A DNA stretch of 64,000 nt. Source: Octopus sinensis (lineage: Eukaryota). A model generated the notes under the pieces. That model saw only the letters and a list, made by a program, of their open reading frames with translations. It made no database searches and had not been told where the DNA came from. Shown piece after piece: positions 22,380 to 36,147 of this stretch. A program made the translations under genes and the position numbers. Position 1 is the first letter of the stretch. Each line of letters opens with the position of its first letter. Location: NCBI RefSeq assembly GCF_006345805.1, contig NC_043026.1, forward strand, positions 5,270,001 through 5,334,000, written 5' to 3'.

Positions 22380-25085
22380 CAGTCTGTTTTACGCCAGTCT
22401 GTTTTTGTCATTTGCTGTTGATTACCGGTTTGTGAATTTAACTATTGTTACTTTGTGTCATATATATATTGTGTAATTTGTGTAAAAACTGTTATTAGCC
22501 TTCGCGCGAAGGCTACGTATTAAAATTCCACCCTACGGGGGAATTGTTTTGAAACAATTATTGTGAAACAATTTAAAATATACACAAAAGGCCTGCGAAG
22601 CCAAAATTTTTGAAGGCTTGTCAAAGCCAATTGAAAAGGCTTGTAAAAAGCCACATCCAGAGATGGAGACTCCTATCTCATACTCACCTGTATCAGGTGA
22701 AGAAAGTTCACCGGCGGTGACGCCAGAAAAAGAAGAGGCCCCAGCGAAGAAGTTCGCAGAAGTTGCAGGAAAAAGACAAAAGAAAATCAACACAGATAAG
22801 AGCAACTTAGAAAAGTATGAAGCACTTTTGAAAAAGGAAGGAAATGAAATAGCAGTGGAATCAGACGTCAGAAAGAAAGAAGAAGTAGAAAGAAAAAGGA
22901 TTATCTACAAGACATACAATACAACGATGAAAAGCATTCAAAGAGTGGAGGAAAAAAAATAGAGGATTGTCTGAAGACAATAAGGAAAGACATTACGTAT
23001 ATAAACCGAGGCAGAAAGTTTGGAACAGTTGAGGTGAGGTTTAGGACGGAGGAGATAGCCAAGAAGCTATCGACCGAACCTCAAAAAGCGGAGAATATAG
23101 TCCTTCTCCCCCCTGTACAGAGGCAGAAGGACCTCAAAAATATTAATGAAAAATATTCCGCCAGAGGCGGACGCCACGTGCCTGGTGGTGGCAGTGATGT
23201 TGGGCCTGGAGGACAAGATCACTATCCTCCAGGCTACAGTAGAGGAGGAGGGGTTTTGGCAAGGCCAATGTATCACAATGGTGATTCAGGCGGAGGTCCA
23301 AACGTTAGAAGAAATACCGGAGATATTGAGGCTCAGCGAGGAGGAGAGGGTGCTAGTGTTTGTGGAGGGCAGAAAGCCGAGGTGCTTCGGCTGCGGTAAA
23401 AAGGGGCACGTAAGAGCGGAGTGCCAACCTAAACCGCAGGAAGCAGCACCGCCGGAAAAAGAAAAAACAGAAGAGAAAACAGAAGAGAAAACACCAGAAA
23501 CTACAGAAACCAAAGAGGTAGAAGAAACAACAAGCGGGGAAGAAAAGGAAAAAGAGGAGGGGTGGTCAAAAATTACCAAAAAAAAAACGGAAAACAGAAA
23601 CCACCCCTCAGATAGAGAGCCAAAAAAAGAGGAAAGAAGCGACTAATACATTTATGGCCATTAAGGCTACCAACAACAGGCTAGTTAATGTTTTGGCAGC
23701 CATGGCCAAAGTGGAAAAAATTAAAAAAACAAAAGACTGTATTGTTTATAGAATAGGCCGGAAGGATTACGGACGGATAAAATCCGATTTCTTTCACGAC
23801 GTGGGCCCTCTGAGATTGGACATATCTCCATATCTATATGAGGGCCTGCGTCGGACTCCCCCACGAGCCCAGGAAAAAAATAAAAGTGAAGAAGATGACG
23901 AAAAACAAGTTGAACAAGTCGAACCACTGATATAAGGTAAGTTATGGATTGCATTTATGTTGGTTGTTTAAATGTGCGCGGCCTGGGATCAAGCTGGAAG
24001 CAAGGTCGCTTCCTTAATGATATCAGGTCGCGTAATTTGGATGTTATTGTCGCTACAGAAACCCGGTTAGAGGGGCCAAGAGGTCTACTCCCGCTGTTTG
24101 ATGGCTACGAGAGTTTTTACTCTCCGGCCAGTCCTACAGGCGGGGGTGGGGTGCTGGTCCTATTAAAAAGAAACCGGGTTTTTGAGAAAAAGTTAATTTT
24201 TTCAGACCCAGAAGGTAGGCTGGTCGTCATGGATTTGACGTTCAGTAACGGTAAAGTTATCAGACTGGTTGCAATTTACGCACCCAACCAAAAAGGGCAA
24301 AGTGATTATTTTCGAGAACTGGAAAACTTTCTTGGTACTTCGCATTCATTAGTTGTGCTAGGAGACTTTAACACAATTTGCAAAGCGGATGTAGATTGTG
24401 TTGGCTTGCGTCCAGATAGAAAAGGTAACATTGGCTTCTTGGAACTGCTAAGCCGCTTTGAGCTAGCAGATCCTTATAGGTTGGAATTTCCGAACGCGCC
24501 ATTGTGGACATGGTCAAACAGCGACGGATCTTCCAGGTCATATATAGATAGGATACTAATTAGAAAAGTAGACAGAAAAATAGCTAAGTGTCCACAGTTT
24601 TACCTGGTCAGCTACAGTGATCATAAAATGGTCACCTGTAAGCTTGACATAGATAAAGTTAAAAATAGAGGCTCCGGTTACTGGAAACTTAATACGTCCC
24701 TTTTGGCGATTAAGGAGTACAGAGACCGGATTAGGACTATAATTCAGAGGGCGCTATCTGGTGCCATCATTAATAACAAATGGTGGTATGCCCTAAAGCG
24801 AGCCATCAAATTCGAGACTATTAGATATAGCATAGGATTAGTGGCTAGAGAGGCTAGGAGGGAATCTACTCTAGTTAAGGAATTAGAGGAAGCCTTGAAA
24901 ACTGGCTCTGCGGTTCAGGTGGCGGCCAAGAGACTGGCATTAAACCAGCACCTCGAGGCCAAACACATGGGCTGCATTGTCAGGGCTAGGATCCGCGCAA
25001 TGGGTTGTGATGTTAGGCCTGGAGGACAAGATCACTATCCTCCCGGCTACAGTGGAGGAGGAGGAGTATTGGCAAGGCCAATGCA
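22380..25085 (+). mobile_element. Tx1-clade non-LTR retrotransposon: frameshifted ORF1 plus ORF2 APE domain, truncated before RT
   Basis: ORF1 pieces 22618-22962, ~22980-23140, 23146-23646 (CFGCGKKGHVRAEC) and 23654-23935; ORF2 starts at 23944. Confidence 0.92.
23944..25010 (+). CDS. L1/Tx1-type apurinic-like endonuclease (ORF2 N-terminus), truncated
   Basis: LNVRGL, ATETRL, GGGVLVLL, AIYAPN, LGDFNT, WTWSN..SYIDRILI, SDHKMV, GSGYWKLNTSLL. Confidence 0.9.
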
Positions 25086-26133
25086 TCTCCATTCTTTCAT
25101 TTATTTGTATATATCTATATATATGTATATATATACATATATATTTTTTATATACCTATATATACACATAAATATATACACATATATATTCATATATACA
25201 CATACATATATATACGACAGGCTTCTTTCAGTTTCCGCCTGCCAAATCCACTGAGAAGGCTTTGGTCGGCCTGAGGCTACAGTAGAAGACACTTGCTTAT
25301 GTATATATGTGTGTATGTGTGTATTATCATCTTGAGAGGAGCTTTTCACATGCCACCAACGTTGGCCTCTGTGGCACCCGACACCCGGATGCTGCTTCCG
25401 TGTGCCAGTTCCATCACATCCGCATCAGCCATGATTAGGATTTCATTTGTTCTGATGGCTCTTCTCAACAAAAAAAGTTCTGGATTCTTTTCAACTGACT
25501 AAAAATTCTCCAGGATTGTGCCCCAGCATGGCCGTACTCTAATGATTAAAACAGACAAAAGAGAACGAAAAAGATGTGTGTACATACACAGGCTTGCATA
25601 TATGTATGTGTGTGTGTGTATAAATATACTGACATGTATGCCTATTGTCATTGACCTCTTTTATAACCTCTCACCCCTTTAACACTCATGTCACCCCTTT
25701 CCCTCTCTGCCACTAATCTGTCCTAATCTCTCTTGCTCTTGCCATTACTTATCTCTCATCCACTCCTCCCTCCTAACAATCTCACCCTAATCTGCTGGGG
25801 GTGTCACTAAGGATGACAGTGGTTCTCTCTTTTCTGTTTGTCAGGCATTTCAATTACTTTGCCGTGTGGCACATTGCTGTACTTGAGAAGAGACCTGTCC
25901 ACCACACTTGAAATGATCTCCTAAAACCAAAGGGCCACATAAAAAGCATTGGTGATGGGGCCATGTAAAAGCACCCAGTACATTCTGTAAAGTGGTTGGT
26001 GTTCGGAAGGGCATTCAGCTGTAGAAACCAACCCCAAACAGGCCATGGAACCTGGTTCAGCCCCTGGCTTTACATCTGCTATTGGACTGTCCAACCCATT
26101 CCACAATGGAAAATGGAGGTTACATGATAATGG

Positions 26134-26182
<49 letters not shown>

Positions 26183-27332
26183 GGTGATTGCTTTTACTGT
26201 TGTTCTTGTTTACCATATAGCTGTATTCTGTCCCTCTGCCTATTGCTCATCTCTCATCCCCCCTGTCACTCAGTCCGCCTCTCAACCCATACTGTACCCA
26301 GCTTCAATGTGAACTGAAGATGGTAGCAGCCTTCCCTTTTGTTCGCTCAGCACTGGCATCCAGTAACTGCACCTGTTTGGACCTTCTGCTCCACCTCTCA
26401 TTCCCCTGGGCCACTTCCTGGTACCAAATCCGATTATTTTCCATCCACCATACCATCAGCCTTATTAGTCAACCCTCCAACCCATCTACCTGTCACCCCT
26501 TGTACCCAGTTCACTCTACCTTCACCTCCCTTTTTCTACTGCCCCCTCACCACTCCCTTCCACCTTGTCTACCCCTAAGCTCCTATTGCTTTTCTCCCTG
26601 GCCTCTGTCTTCCTTTGGTCTTCTTTTTACCCCTTGGGCCACATAGGCTTGCCCCACCTCCCTGCCAGCTCCCTCATATTACCTTCAATCTTTGTACCCA
26701 GCTTACGATACTATCTACTCCTGCCACTCCCTTAACTCGCATCCCGGGCATCACAATCACTCGAGCATCTCACTCTGTATAGAAGCAAATGAGTGCGGGG
26801 AGGGGAGGTGGTTGTGAGTTTGGTCATGGGTGTGGACAGGCGGTTGTGTTCGTGGAGGGGCAGTTGCGAGTACAGGCAGGGTCCTTAGTACCAGATTCAA
26901 TCACAAGGCTTCAGATCATTATAAAATTTATTTGAAATGTGGATAAGTAAATAATTGAAGCTGATTATGTATAACACCTGTGTGCTATCATCATCACCAT
27001 CATCATCATTGTCATCATTTTAATATCCTGTTTTCCGTTGTTTTGTGGGTTAGAATTTGTTCAGGTGGATTTTTCTACGGCCAAATACTGTTTCTGTTGC
27101 CGACGCTCACCTGTCTGGGCAAGGTAATAATACACTAGTTTGTCAGTCAACCGACAACTGAGACTGTTATGAAGTCTTCTTTGTTTACAATGATCGGGTA
27201 ACATGTGAAGACATGTCAAAAAGCCTGGACTGCAAGCATGCTTCACTGACCGTATTGGTAGCAAAGCTGTTTACAGTCAACAGAGACAGCAAGAAATACC
27301 AAATCACCCACACAAACACAAACACACATGTA

Positions 27333-27760
27333 CAGCTCATTGTTGACTTACGACCACAATTGTTTCCGACTGACCGGTCATAAGTCGGCCCATGGGCCTA
27401 CATAGCTTTGTTTTATATTTTTACATTCCTAAGGGACATTCGCAGGTAGAAGTCACACACAGCATTCTGTATTGTACTATTATACTGGCATTAGTCAAAA
27501 ATTTCAGTCTCAAGCAATCGTCTTATAAACAAACACGAGGTTGCCTCGATGTCTCCGCGACAGGATTTTCATTCAACACTTGGGATAACCACAGTAGCGA
27601 TCAATAACCAAACCTAGGAGAGGCATTTATTAGCTAACACCATCTGTAGACAGGTTATTTCTAAGAAATTAAACCCATTGGACTATTTATTATTGTTGGC
27701 GTACTAATTGTCATAAAGTCAATCTGTCGTAAGTCAGAAAGGTCATAAGTCGATGACCTG
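27333..27760. mobile_element. Pogo/Tigger-like MITE with TA target-site duplication
   Basis: TA|CAGCTCATTGTTGACTTACGACC ... GGTCATAAGTCGATGACCTG|TA imperfect TIRs, plus internal GTC(A/G)TAAGTC sub-repeats. Confidence 0.65.
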
Positions 27761-28884
27761 TATGCATGTTTTCTCTTTACCATTCTGGTACTGTCACGTT
27801 GTCAGGGATCACAAAGACTGTTGAGTGTTGTCGAGGCCATAACAACCTCATTAGTGTTGGTGCCATGATATAAAAATGAACCCAGGACCCTGTGTAAAGT
27901 AGCTAATGTTAGAAAGGGCACGTAGCCTTAGAAGCCATGCCAGATATAGAATGTATGAGAGAGGTGTGTTCCTCCATTAGGTGAAGAGGATAATTTGAAA
28001 TATTTTTGTAGAGTCTACTTCTGAGATGGCATCTGTGTCTGGTGTCTTTTCCATAACACTTAAGCTTTTAAACCGGCCATGTCCGGGCCCAGTTATTCTA
28101 CCTGCTTTTTGTTCAAACTGGTCAGACCTGGCTTCTTGCAACCACCTTGCAAAAACCTTCTAAAACCATACAATCACACCATCAGAATCCGAAAGCGAAG
28201 AGATAAGGTTTGATTAATTGGAAACAATCTTATAATAATTCTGCATAGGCACAGGAGTGGCTTTGTGGTAAGTAGCTTGCTTACCAACCACATGGTTCTG
28301 AGTTCAGTCCCATTGCATGGCACCTTGGGCAAGTGTCTTCTACTATAGCCTCAGGCTGACCAAGGCCTGAGTGGATTTGGTAGATGAAAGCTAAAAGAAA
28401 CTCATTGTATATATGTGTGTGTGTGTGTTTGGCCCCACCAAGATCACTTGACAACCAATAGTGGTGTGTTTAAGTACCCGTAACTTAGCAGTTCAGCAAA
28501 AGAGACTGATAGAATAAGTATTAGGCTTACTAGGAATAAGTCCTGGGGTTGATTTGTTCAACTAAAGGCAGTGCTCCAGCATGGCTGCAGCCAAATGGCT
28601 GAAACAAATAAAAGAATGTCACTCTGTTTCTCAGCCTGTCCATAACGCTTCCACGGGATTAGCTGAAGGGGATGAGAGGAGAGGAAGGAGAGATGGCGGG
28701 GAGTGAAGTGTGTAATTATTTTGTTTTTTTGAACTAACACACACACAACACAGGCTATGCTTTCCGACTTATTGGATAAAGCTTTCAGGAATAACCCAAT
28801 AAGTTCGCTGTTAATTCCAAGAAACATTCACAGGTTCCACTAGTGTGAATCAATAGGTATTATGCTAAATGGTTAATTGTGGCT

Positions 28885-28930
28885 TTCACTGCATTTCGCT
28901 TGTTATATGCTCCAGCCATCTTCAGGTGTC
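28885..28930 (-). ncRNA. Degenerate hammerhead motif (family 2)
   Basis: GACAC-CTGAAGA-T-GGCTG..CAAGC-GAAA-TGCA-GTGAA. Confidence 0.4.
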
Positions 28931-29956
28931 TTGTGTTGACCTCTGTTGTATTAGAATTTTGAACCTAATCCTTTATTTGATCCACAATGGTACACTTTTT
29001 TCATTCCACTCAGCTTTCATGGCATATGAATTCCCCCTCCTGTCGCAGGATTAACTCATTTTTGCCAGCTGAGTGGACTGGAGCAACATGGAATGAAGTG
29101 TCTTGCTCAAGGACACAATGCATTGCTCGGTCCAGGAACTGAAACCACAATTGGTCTTCAAAGACCAGATGTAGCTGGCCAACTTAGTCGCTTTTCTATA
29201 TATTCTTTTATTTGTTTTAGTCATTTGACTGCGGCCATGCTGGAGCACTACTTTTGGTAGAACAAATGGACCCCAGAACTTATTCTTTGTAAGCTGACTA
29301 CTTATTCTATCAGTCTCTTTTGCCAAACCGCTAAGTTACGGGTGCATAAACACCAACATTGGTTGTCAAGCAATGGTGGGGGGGGGGGCAAACACAGACA
29401 CACAAACATATTCATATATATGTATATACGATGAACTTCTTTCAGTTTCCATTTTTTAAATCTATTCACAAGGTTTTGGTCGATCCAAAGCTATAATGGA
29501 AGACTTGCCCAAGGTGCCTTGCAGTTGGACTGAGCCCGGAACCACATGGTTGGTAAGCAAGCTTCTTACCACACAGCCATGACTGTGCCAAATGTATGTG
29601 TATATACAGGAGACCTCTTTCAAGAATCCTAACTTTCTTCAAAATTGTTATTTTTTATTTTTGCCTCACTTTTAAGGTAAATAATGTAAGAAGCTTGCTT
29701 CCCAACCACACAGTTCCAAGTTCAGTCCCACTGCATGGCACCTTGGGCAAGTGTCTTCTTCTGTAGCCTCGAGCTGATCAAAGCCTTGTGAGTGGATTTG
29801 GTAGACGGAAACTGAAAGAAGCCCGTCGTGTATATCCGCTATATCAGAAATCTGCAATGGCTCCCTAACTACCGTCTCAGCTATAATCTTGGAGCCCTAG
29901 TAATCCATCACACCACTTACCTGGCGTACCTAATCGTTTAGATCACCTGTGAACTA

Positions 29957-30790
29957 AACTGTATGATGCATGTGTGCGAACTGCCATGCTACATGGCAAT
30001 GAAACATGGGCCATGGCTGCTGAGGACATGCGTAGGCTTGAAAGAAATGAAGCTAGTATGATCCGCTAGATGTGTAATGTCAGTGTGTCTACATGACAGA
30101 GTGTGAGTGCCCTGAGAGAAAAGTTGGACCTAAGAAGCATCAAATGTGGTGAGCAAGAGAGATGACTGCACTGGTGTGGTCATGTGCGACGTATGGATGA
30201 GGGCAGCTGTGTGAGGAAGCGCCACACCCTAACTGTGGAAGGAACCTGTGGAAGAGGTAGACCCAGGAAGACATGGGATGAGGTGGTGAAGGATGACCTT
30301 TGAGTTTTGGGGCTCACAGAGGCAGTGACAGGAGGCCGAGGCCTTTGGAGATATGCTGTGATTAAGAAGACCCAGCAACTAAAGTGAGATCGCAGCCATG
30401 GCCGATGCCAGTGTTGCATGTCTGGCCCATTTAAGAGTACCCCTGATGTGTCAGGTGATACGATATGCTTGAAAAGACCTGTTGAGTCAAGTAAAACCAA
30501 AATTGCAGCTGTGGTCAGTGCTTCCTGACTGGCTCCCATGTTGGTGGCACATAAAAAGCACTATCTGAATGTTTTGGTGCCAGGCCTGCCTGACTGGCTC
30601 CTGTGCCGGTGGCATGTAAAAAGCATCCACTACACTCTCAGAGTGGTTGGCATTAGGAAGGGTATGCAGCTGTAGAAACCCTGCCAGACTAGAATGGAGC
30701 CTGGTGCAGCTGCTGGCTCTCCAGACCTCAGTCAAACCGTCCAACCCATGCCAGCATGGAAAACAGACGTTAAACGATGATGATGATATA
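29957..30790 (+). mobile_element. 5'-truncated RTE LINE (ORF2 C-terminus + 3'UTR + (GAT)n)
   Basis: LYDACVRTAMLHGNETWAM..RRLERNEASMIR..LHWCGHVRRM..GRGRPRKTWDEVVKDDL with stops. Confidence 0.9.
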
Positions 30791-31218
30791 TTTGTGTGTG
30801 TCTGAGTTTGTCCCCACCCCCAACTACTGCTTGACAACCGGTGTTGGTGTGTTTGCATCAGGGCTGTGGAATCAAAACAAAAACCTTCGATTCCGACTCC
30901 TCTACCATTGGCACCTCTGACTCTGACTCTTCTTTATGTAATCAAGTGATTGTGGTCTACACATCTCATAAAGCACATGCATACGCTTGTACTTTGAGTC
31001 GGCCTATAGGTTACAACTGGTTTATATTAAGGAATAAAGACATTGTGAATCAGGATTGGAGTCAGTATAGTTTTACTGACTCCGACTCCACAGCCCTGGT
31101 GTTTACATCCCTGTAACTTAGCAGTTTGGCAAAAGAGAATGATAGAATAAGTCCTGGGGTCTTATTTTCTCAACTAAAACCCCATCGAGGTGGTGCTCTT
31201 TTTTTATTTTGTGAATTC

Positions 31219-31278
<60 letters not shown>

Positions 31279-32983
31279 CATGGAAAAGACATGAATTCTG
31301 TAGACAAGGGCATGACCGTACTGGAAGAGTATTTTTTATCAGGGACAAATGAACCTTGAAAGAGGGGCCTTGCAAGTCTACCAGATAGACAGAAGAGCTT
31401 TGTAGAAAATGAAGGAGAGTATATTTCAGATTAAAAAAGAACTTTGCCTCAATTTTGAAAAGTAAAAAAGTATAAAGAAACCCCATTATTTCTGGGACGA
31501 TCCAATATATAGCAGTTAGGCCTTAAAATGAGCTCTATGAAGAGAAAATATATGCAGTTGGAAGATGTACTAAAGAGGTGAATAGAGGTGGGAAGTGATG
31601 AAATTGAGGGGGTAAAAGGAGTACACTTAGGGCACACAGTGACTAGGGGCTGAGATATGGGAGCTGAAATTTCAAAAATTATGGGGTGGTGGTGCAGGAT
31701 GGAAGGTGTTTAACTCAATAACGAAGGATAAAACTCAATTAATTTAAATTCGTTTATATTAATTACTAGGTTAAAAGCTGCACTCCATGTGGACTTTTAA
31801 ACTAGCTCCTGCAGAGGGCTAATTGGACCCGCAGCCCTAAACTAACGAGAGCTTGGAAAAAAGGGTATAAAATGTCTATATAGAGCACATATAGACCAAG
31901 ATACAGGGGTCCCAGACGGACAGAATTTTCACTTTTATTAATATAGATTTATCTTAATTATATAATTTTAGAATTGTTATAGTTATTGCTGATAAAACAG
32001 CTGTTTCGTAATGATATATCTGTGAAATTTATGCCAGAATGCCTCACAGCGGGACTTGAACCCCAAATCACACAAACTTCTTAACCAAACATCCCTTCTG
32101 GCTTCTGTCTATATACCTGGAGGTGAAAGGCATGTGTGCCTCTGTATATAAGGATATATCTGAATCTCAACAGTGTGTGTGTATACATATATATATATAT
32201 GCACATGTATACATGTGTCTGTCTGAATGTGTAGGTGTGTGTATAAACAGGTGCATATATTTGTATGTGTGTAAACATGTATGTGTATAGAATCATGGAT
32301 ATGTGTGTGCATGTGTACATAAATGTGTATGTATATGTGTATAAGTGTGGGTGTGTGTGTTGTGTATATATAGGAGTGTGTGTGTATATATATATATAAG
32401 CATGTATGTATTTGTGTTTATGTATGAATATATGGAGAGTAGGAGGAAGAGGAGGAAAAAGTCCAGCTGAATTGTCATTACTACCCCCACGCCCCGCATA
32501 TGTGTATATGTGTGGTGTATATATATATGTGTGTGTATATGTGTGGTGTATATATGTACATTGTGTGCCTGTCATGTGAAATTTCATAGTCTGCTGAAAG
32601 TAGGTCAACTTGTATTTCTCGTCAGTGTGTGTGTATAGATATATATATCCAGGCGTAGCCGTGTGGTGAGAACTTTGCTCCCCAACCATGTAGTTCTAGG
32701 TTCAAACCCATGGCGCAGCATCTTGGCTAGGTGACTTCTACTATGGCCTTGGGCCGACCAGAGTCTTCTGAGTGCATTAGATTGGAAACTGAAAGAAGCC
32801 TGTCGTATATGTGTGTGTATGCATGCATGTGTGCTTTGGTTGACCTGAGGCTATAGTAGAAGACACCTACCAAAGGTGCCATGGACATACATATAAATAT
32901 ATGTATTTATATGTGTGTGTATATATATATATTTATGTGTGTGTATAGATATATATATATGTGTGTGTGTGTATATATATATG

Positions 32984-33034
<51 letters not shown>

Positions 33035-33119
33035 GTATTTATGTGTGTGTATATATATATATATATATATAAATATTCATATGCGTGTATATAGATATTT
33101 ATGTGTATATATATATATT

Positions 33120-33164
<45 letters not shown>

Positions 33165-33199
33165 GCATATATATAGATATTTATGTGTATATATATATG

Positions 33200-33265
<66 letters not shown>

Positions 33266-33424
33266 ATGTATGTATTTATGTATTTATGTGTATATATAAA
33301 TATGTATTTACATAGATATATATGATGGGCTTCTTACAGTCTCCATCTACCAAATCATCTCACAAGTCTTTGGCTGGTCCAATGTGCGGCGCAGCGGGAT
33401 TGAACCTGAAGCCATGGGGTTGGA

Positions 33425-33540
33425 AAGTATATGGCTCGGTGGTTAGGCTGCTGTATGCATGACATGAGATTGTGGGTTCGATCCTCGACTCAGGTGGCAT
33501 GTTCCTGAACAGAACCCTTCATTTCACATTGCTCTGGAGC
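33425..33540 (+). mobile_element. tRNA-derived SINE head
   Basis: A-box TGGCTCGGTGGTTAGG and B-box GGGTTCGATCCT. Confidence 0.6.
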
Positions 33541-35309
33541 CATGTGGGGACTGACATGTCAAAGCATAGACCCAGCATTTCCTCTGCTTATCATAAAAGC
33601 TGATTAATAGAGGATGAGGCTGGATTTGTACTCTGACTTTGTAAAACCCTCAACAGCAACAACTTCCCAAACAGACCCATGCGTTTGGAAGGTTGTCACC
33701 CGAGTGCTGCATGAGTTGTAAGGAATCACCAACAGATGGCAGGTGCAGTGAGACGCTGTCAGGGCACTGACCCCCATTTCTTAAACTAATACGACTATTG
33801 TTTATTCTTTTATTTGTTTTAGTTGTGAGACTGTGGCCATGCTGGGGCACTGCCTTGAAGTCTTTTAGTCAAACAAATTGGCACCAGGACTTACTCCTTA
33901 AAGCCTACTACTTATACTTTTGCCAAACTGTTAAGTGACAGGGACATAAATATGCCGACACCGGTTGTTAAGCTGTGTTGTTGGTGGGGGTGGGGTTGCA
34001 AGCACAGACGTAAACACATAGATATATACTTACATATACATACATACGCACTGGCGTATGGTGATTATTGTATTGGATGTGCTGCCACACCCAGTGCCAC
34101 CAAATTTCAAGCAGGAGCTTAACAAAAGTTTTCCATTAAGATTTGTGATTAAATTAACGAGTAAGGTCAATATTTTATAATGAATTTTCCACTGTCGACA
34201 GGTGTTCAGTGCACACCTGGCACACCTGCAATATACGTCCTTGATATACATACATACACACACACATATGTGCGTGACAGGCTTCTTTCAGTTTCCATCT
34301 ACCAAATCCACTCACAAGGCTTTGGTCAACCCAAGGCTATAGTAGAAGACACTTCCCCAAGGTGCCACACAGTGGGACTGAACCTGGTACCTTGTGGTTG
34401 GGAAGTAAGCTTTTTACCACACAGCCACACCTGCACCTATCAGCTTTATATCTCGTTTGTATTGTTGTGATGGCAGGCTTGGAAATTCCGACTCTTCATT
34501 CAGCTTCCCATTTCATTTCTGTTACTTTTTTTGTTTTTGTTTTTTCTCTACTCTGCCTTATTCTTTACCTCCCCCTCTCTACCTCCCTCCCTCCCTCTCT
34601 CCCCCTCTCCCTCTCTCTCCCTCCCTCTCTTCAAATATTCTTTTCAATCATTTCACTGTTGTTGCTTTTTCTTTTTCCTTCAAATTTCATTTTCACTTCC
34701 TTGTTTGTCTATTTATAAATATCTGTCTGTGTCAGCGGCTGTCATTTGCCAGGGAACAACACACTTCATTTCATGTAACTCTAAAACACACGAGAATCAA
34801 TTACCACCACCACCGCCACCACTACTGCTACTACTACTACTACTACTACTATTGATTTAGATTGTAGTGCAAGCCATCAAAGTGACACTGGGGTAAAATA
34901 TACAAAGCCCAGTATACCCATCATGACCACCCGTCTGATAGGGGTACATCAGGCACATGCATCACAACCATATGTGCGCGACATGGTGATCTCATATCAA
35001 GATAAACAGCACATGACCTTGCAGGTGGGTCCCAGTTAAAATTTTCTGCTGGTAGAGTAACCCATCCTACTCAAAAGGTCCCTGAATAAGGTTTGTTTCA
35101 AAGATGATGAGCAAAATACCCATGTTTCCACAGGTGAATTATTAAAACCCCAAAGAATCCCTCTCAACACATCCCCCCCCCATTACTTTTGCTCGTGATC
35201 AGAGATGCACATATCTTCAGCCACCAAGGGGCGTGCTCAACTAGATACAGTCAAGTAACTGACAAGCAAGTCTGTGGTATTGAGCAGAATATTATTATTA
35301 TTATTATTC

Positions 35310-35671
35310 TATGTTTGACTTTTGCTTTATGTTTGTACAAGTTGGCTCCAAGTCTCACCCAGAGACCTCAAGAGACAACAGGTTGGAAGTTCACACTGTT
35401 GTTATGCCTAGTGTGCCATATATTTGGGGCTTTTTTTTGGCGTTGTACTAGTGAATGTCTAATACATTAAAAAAAAATTTTTTTAATAAAATATAAAATA
35501 AACAATAAAACAATAAAAAAGTTTGTTTTAAACCTTGGGATTACATAGAGAGTATTTTGCGTAGGATATGAGCAGTTCCAATGAGCACTATCTTTTGAAT
35601 TTCTGCCATTTTGGGGTTTCCTGGTATCTGAGTTAGGTAGCAATCAGTCCCTTTCGCTATCATTCCCAGGG
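35310..35671 (-). mobile_element. 5'-truncated R4/Dong-type (RLE) non-LTR element in (AAT)n
   Basis: ALGMIAKGTDCYLTQIPGNPKMAEIQKIVLIGTAHILRKILSM* plus 3'UTR, with (AAT)n on both sides. Confidence 0.8.
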
Positions 35672-35720
<49 letters not shown>

Positions 35721-35724
35721 GTTA

Positions 35725-35941
35725 TACACTCAACAGCTTAGACTGTTGGAAAAGAAAAGAATCCTAACATCGTGCTCAACAAGTTGCCTGAAATGCCAAG
35801 AACCCCCCTAAAGTATTACAACAAGTAACCTTAGATGCCAAGAACCCTCCTAAGTATCCTAGCTGTCCCTGTCTTCTGCAGCTGTACGAAACTGGGTTTT
35901 ATGCCTATTTCCTCTATCCTTCTGTTCAGATCTTTAGGGAT
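35725..35941 (-). mobile_element. Second, different R4/Dong-type RLE 3' fragment
   Basis: IPKDLNRRIEEIGIKPSFVQLQKTGTARILRRVLGI* between (AAT)n(GAT)n and (AAT)n. Confidence 0.78.
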
Positions 35942-35964
35942 CATCATCATCATCATCATCATCA

Positions 35965-36002
<38 letters not shown>

Positions 36003-36104
36003 GTTATTTCTTTTTCCAGGATGCACCTCCTTCCAGACATTTGGAGATGTGAGTACCTGTTTCTCTTTATGACCAAATTTTGGTGCCATCCGGCATGTGT
36101 TGCT

Positions 36105-36147
<43 letters not shown>

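Noticed and set aside
25010-25254. C-terminal part of the 436-aa ORF
   Set aside because: It is read-through into an ORF1 copy in another frame and a (TA)-rich tract, not part of ORF2.
31985-32040. GAAACAGCTGTT palindromic helix-III-like motif (minus strand)
   Set aside because: There is no CUGANGA core upstream.
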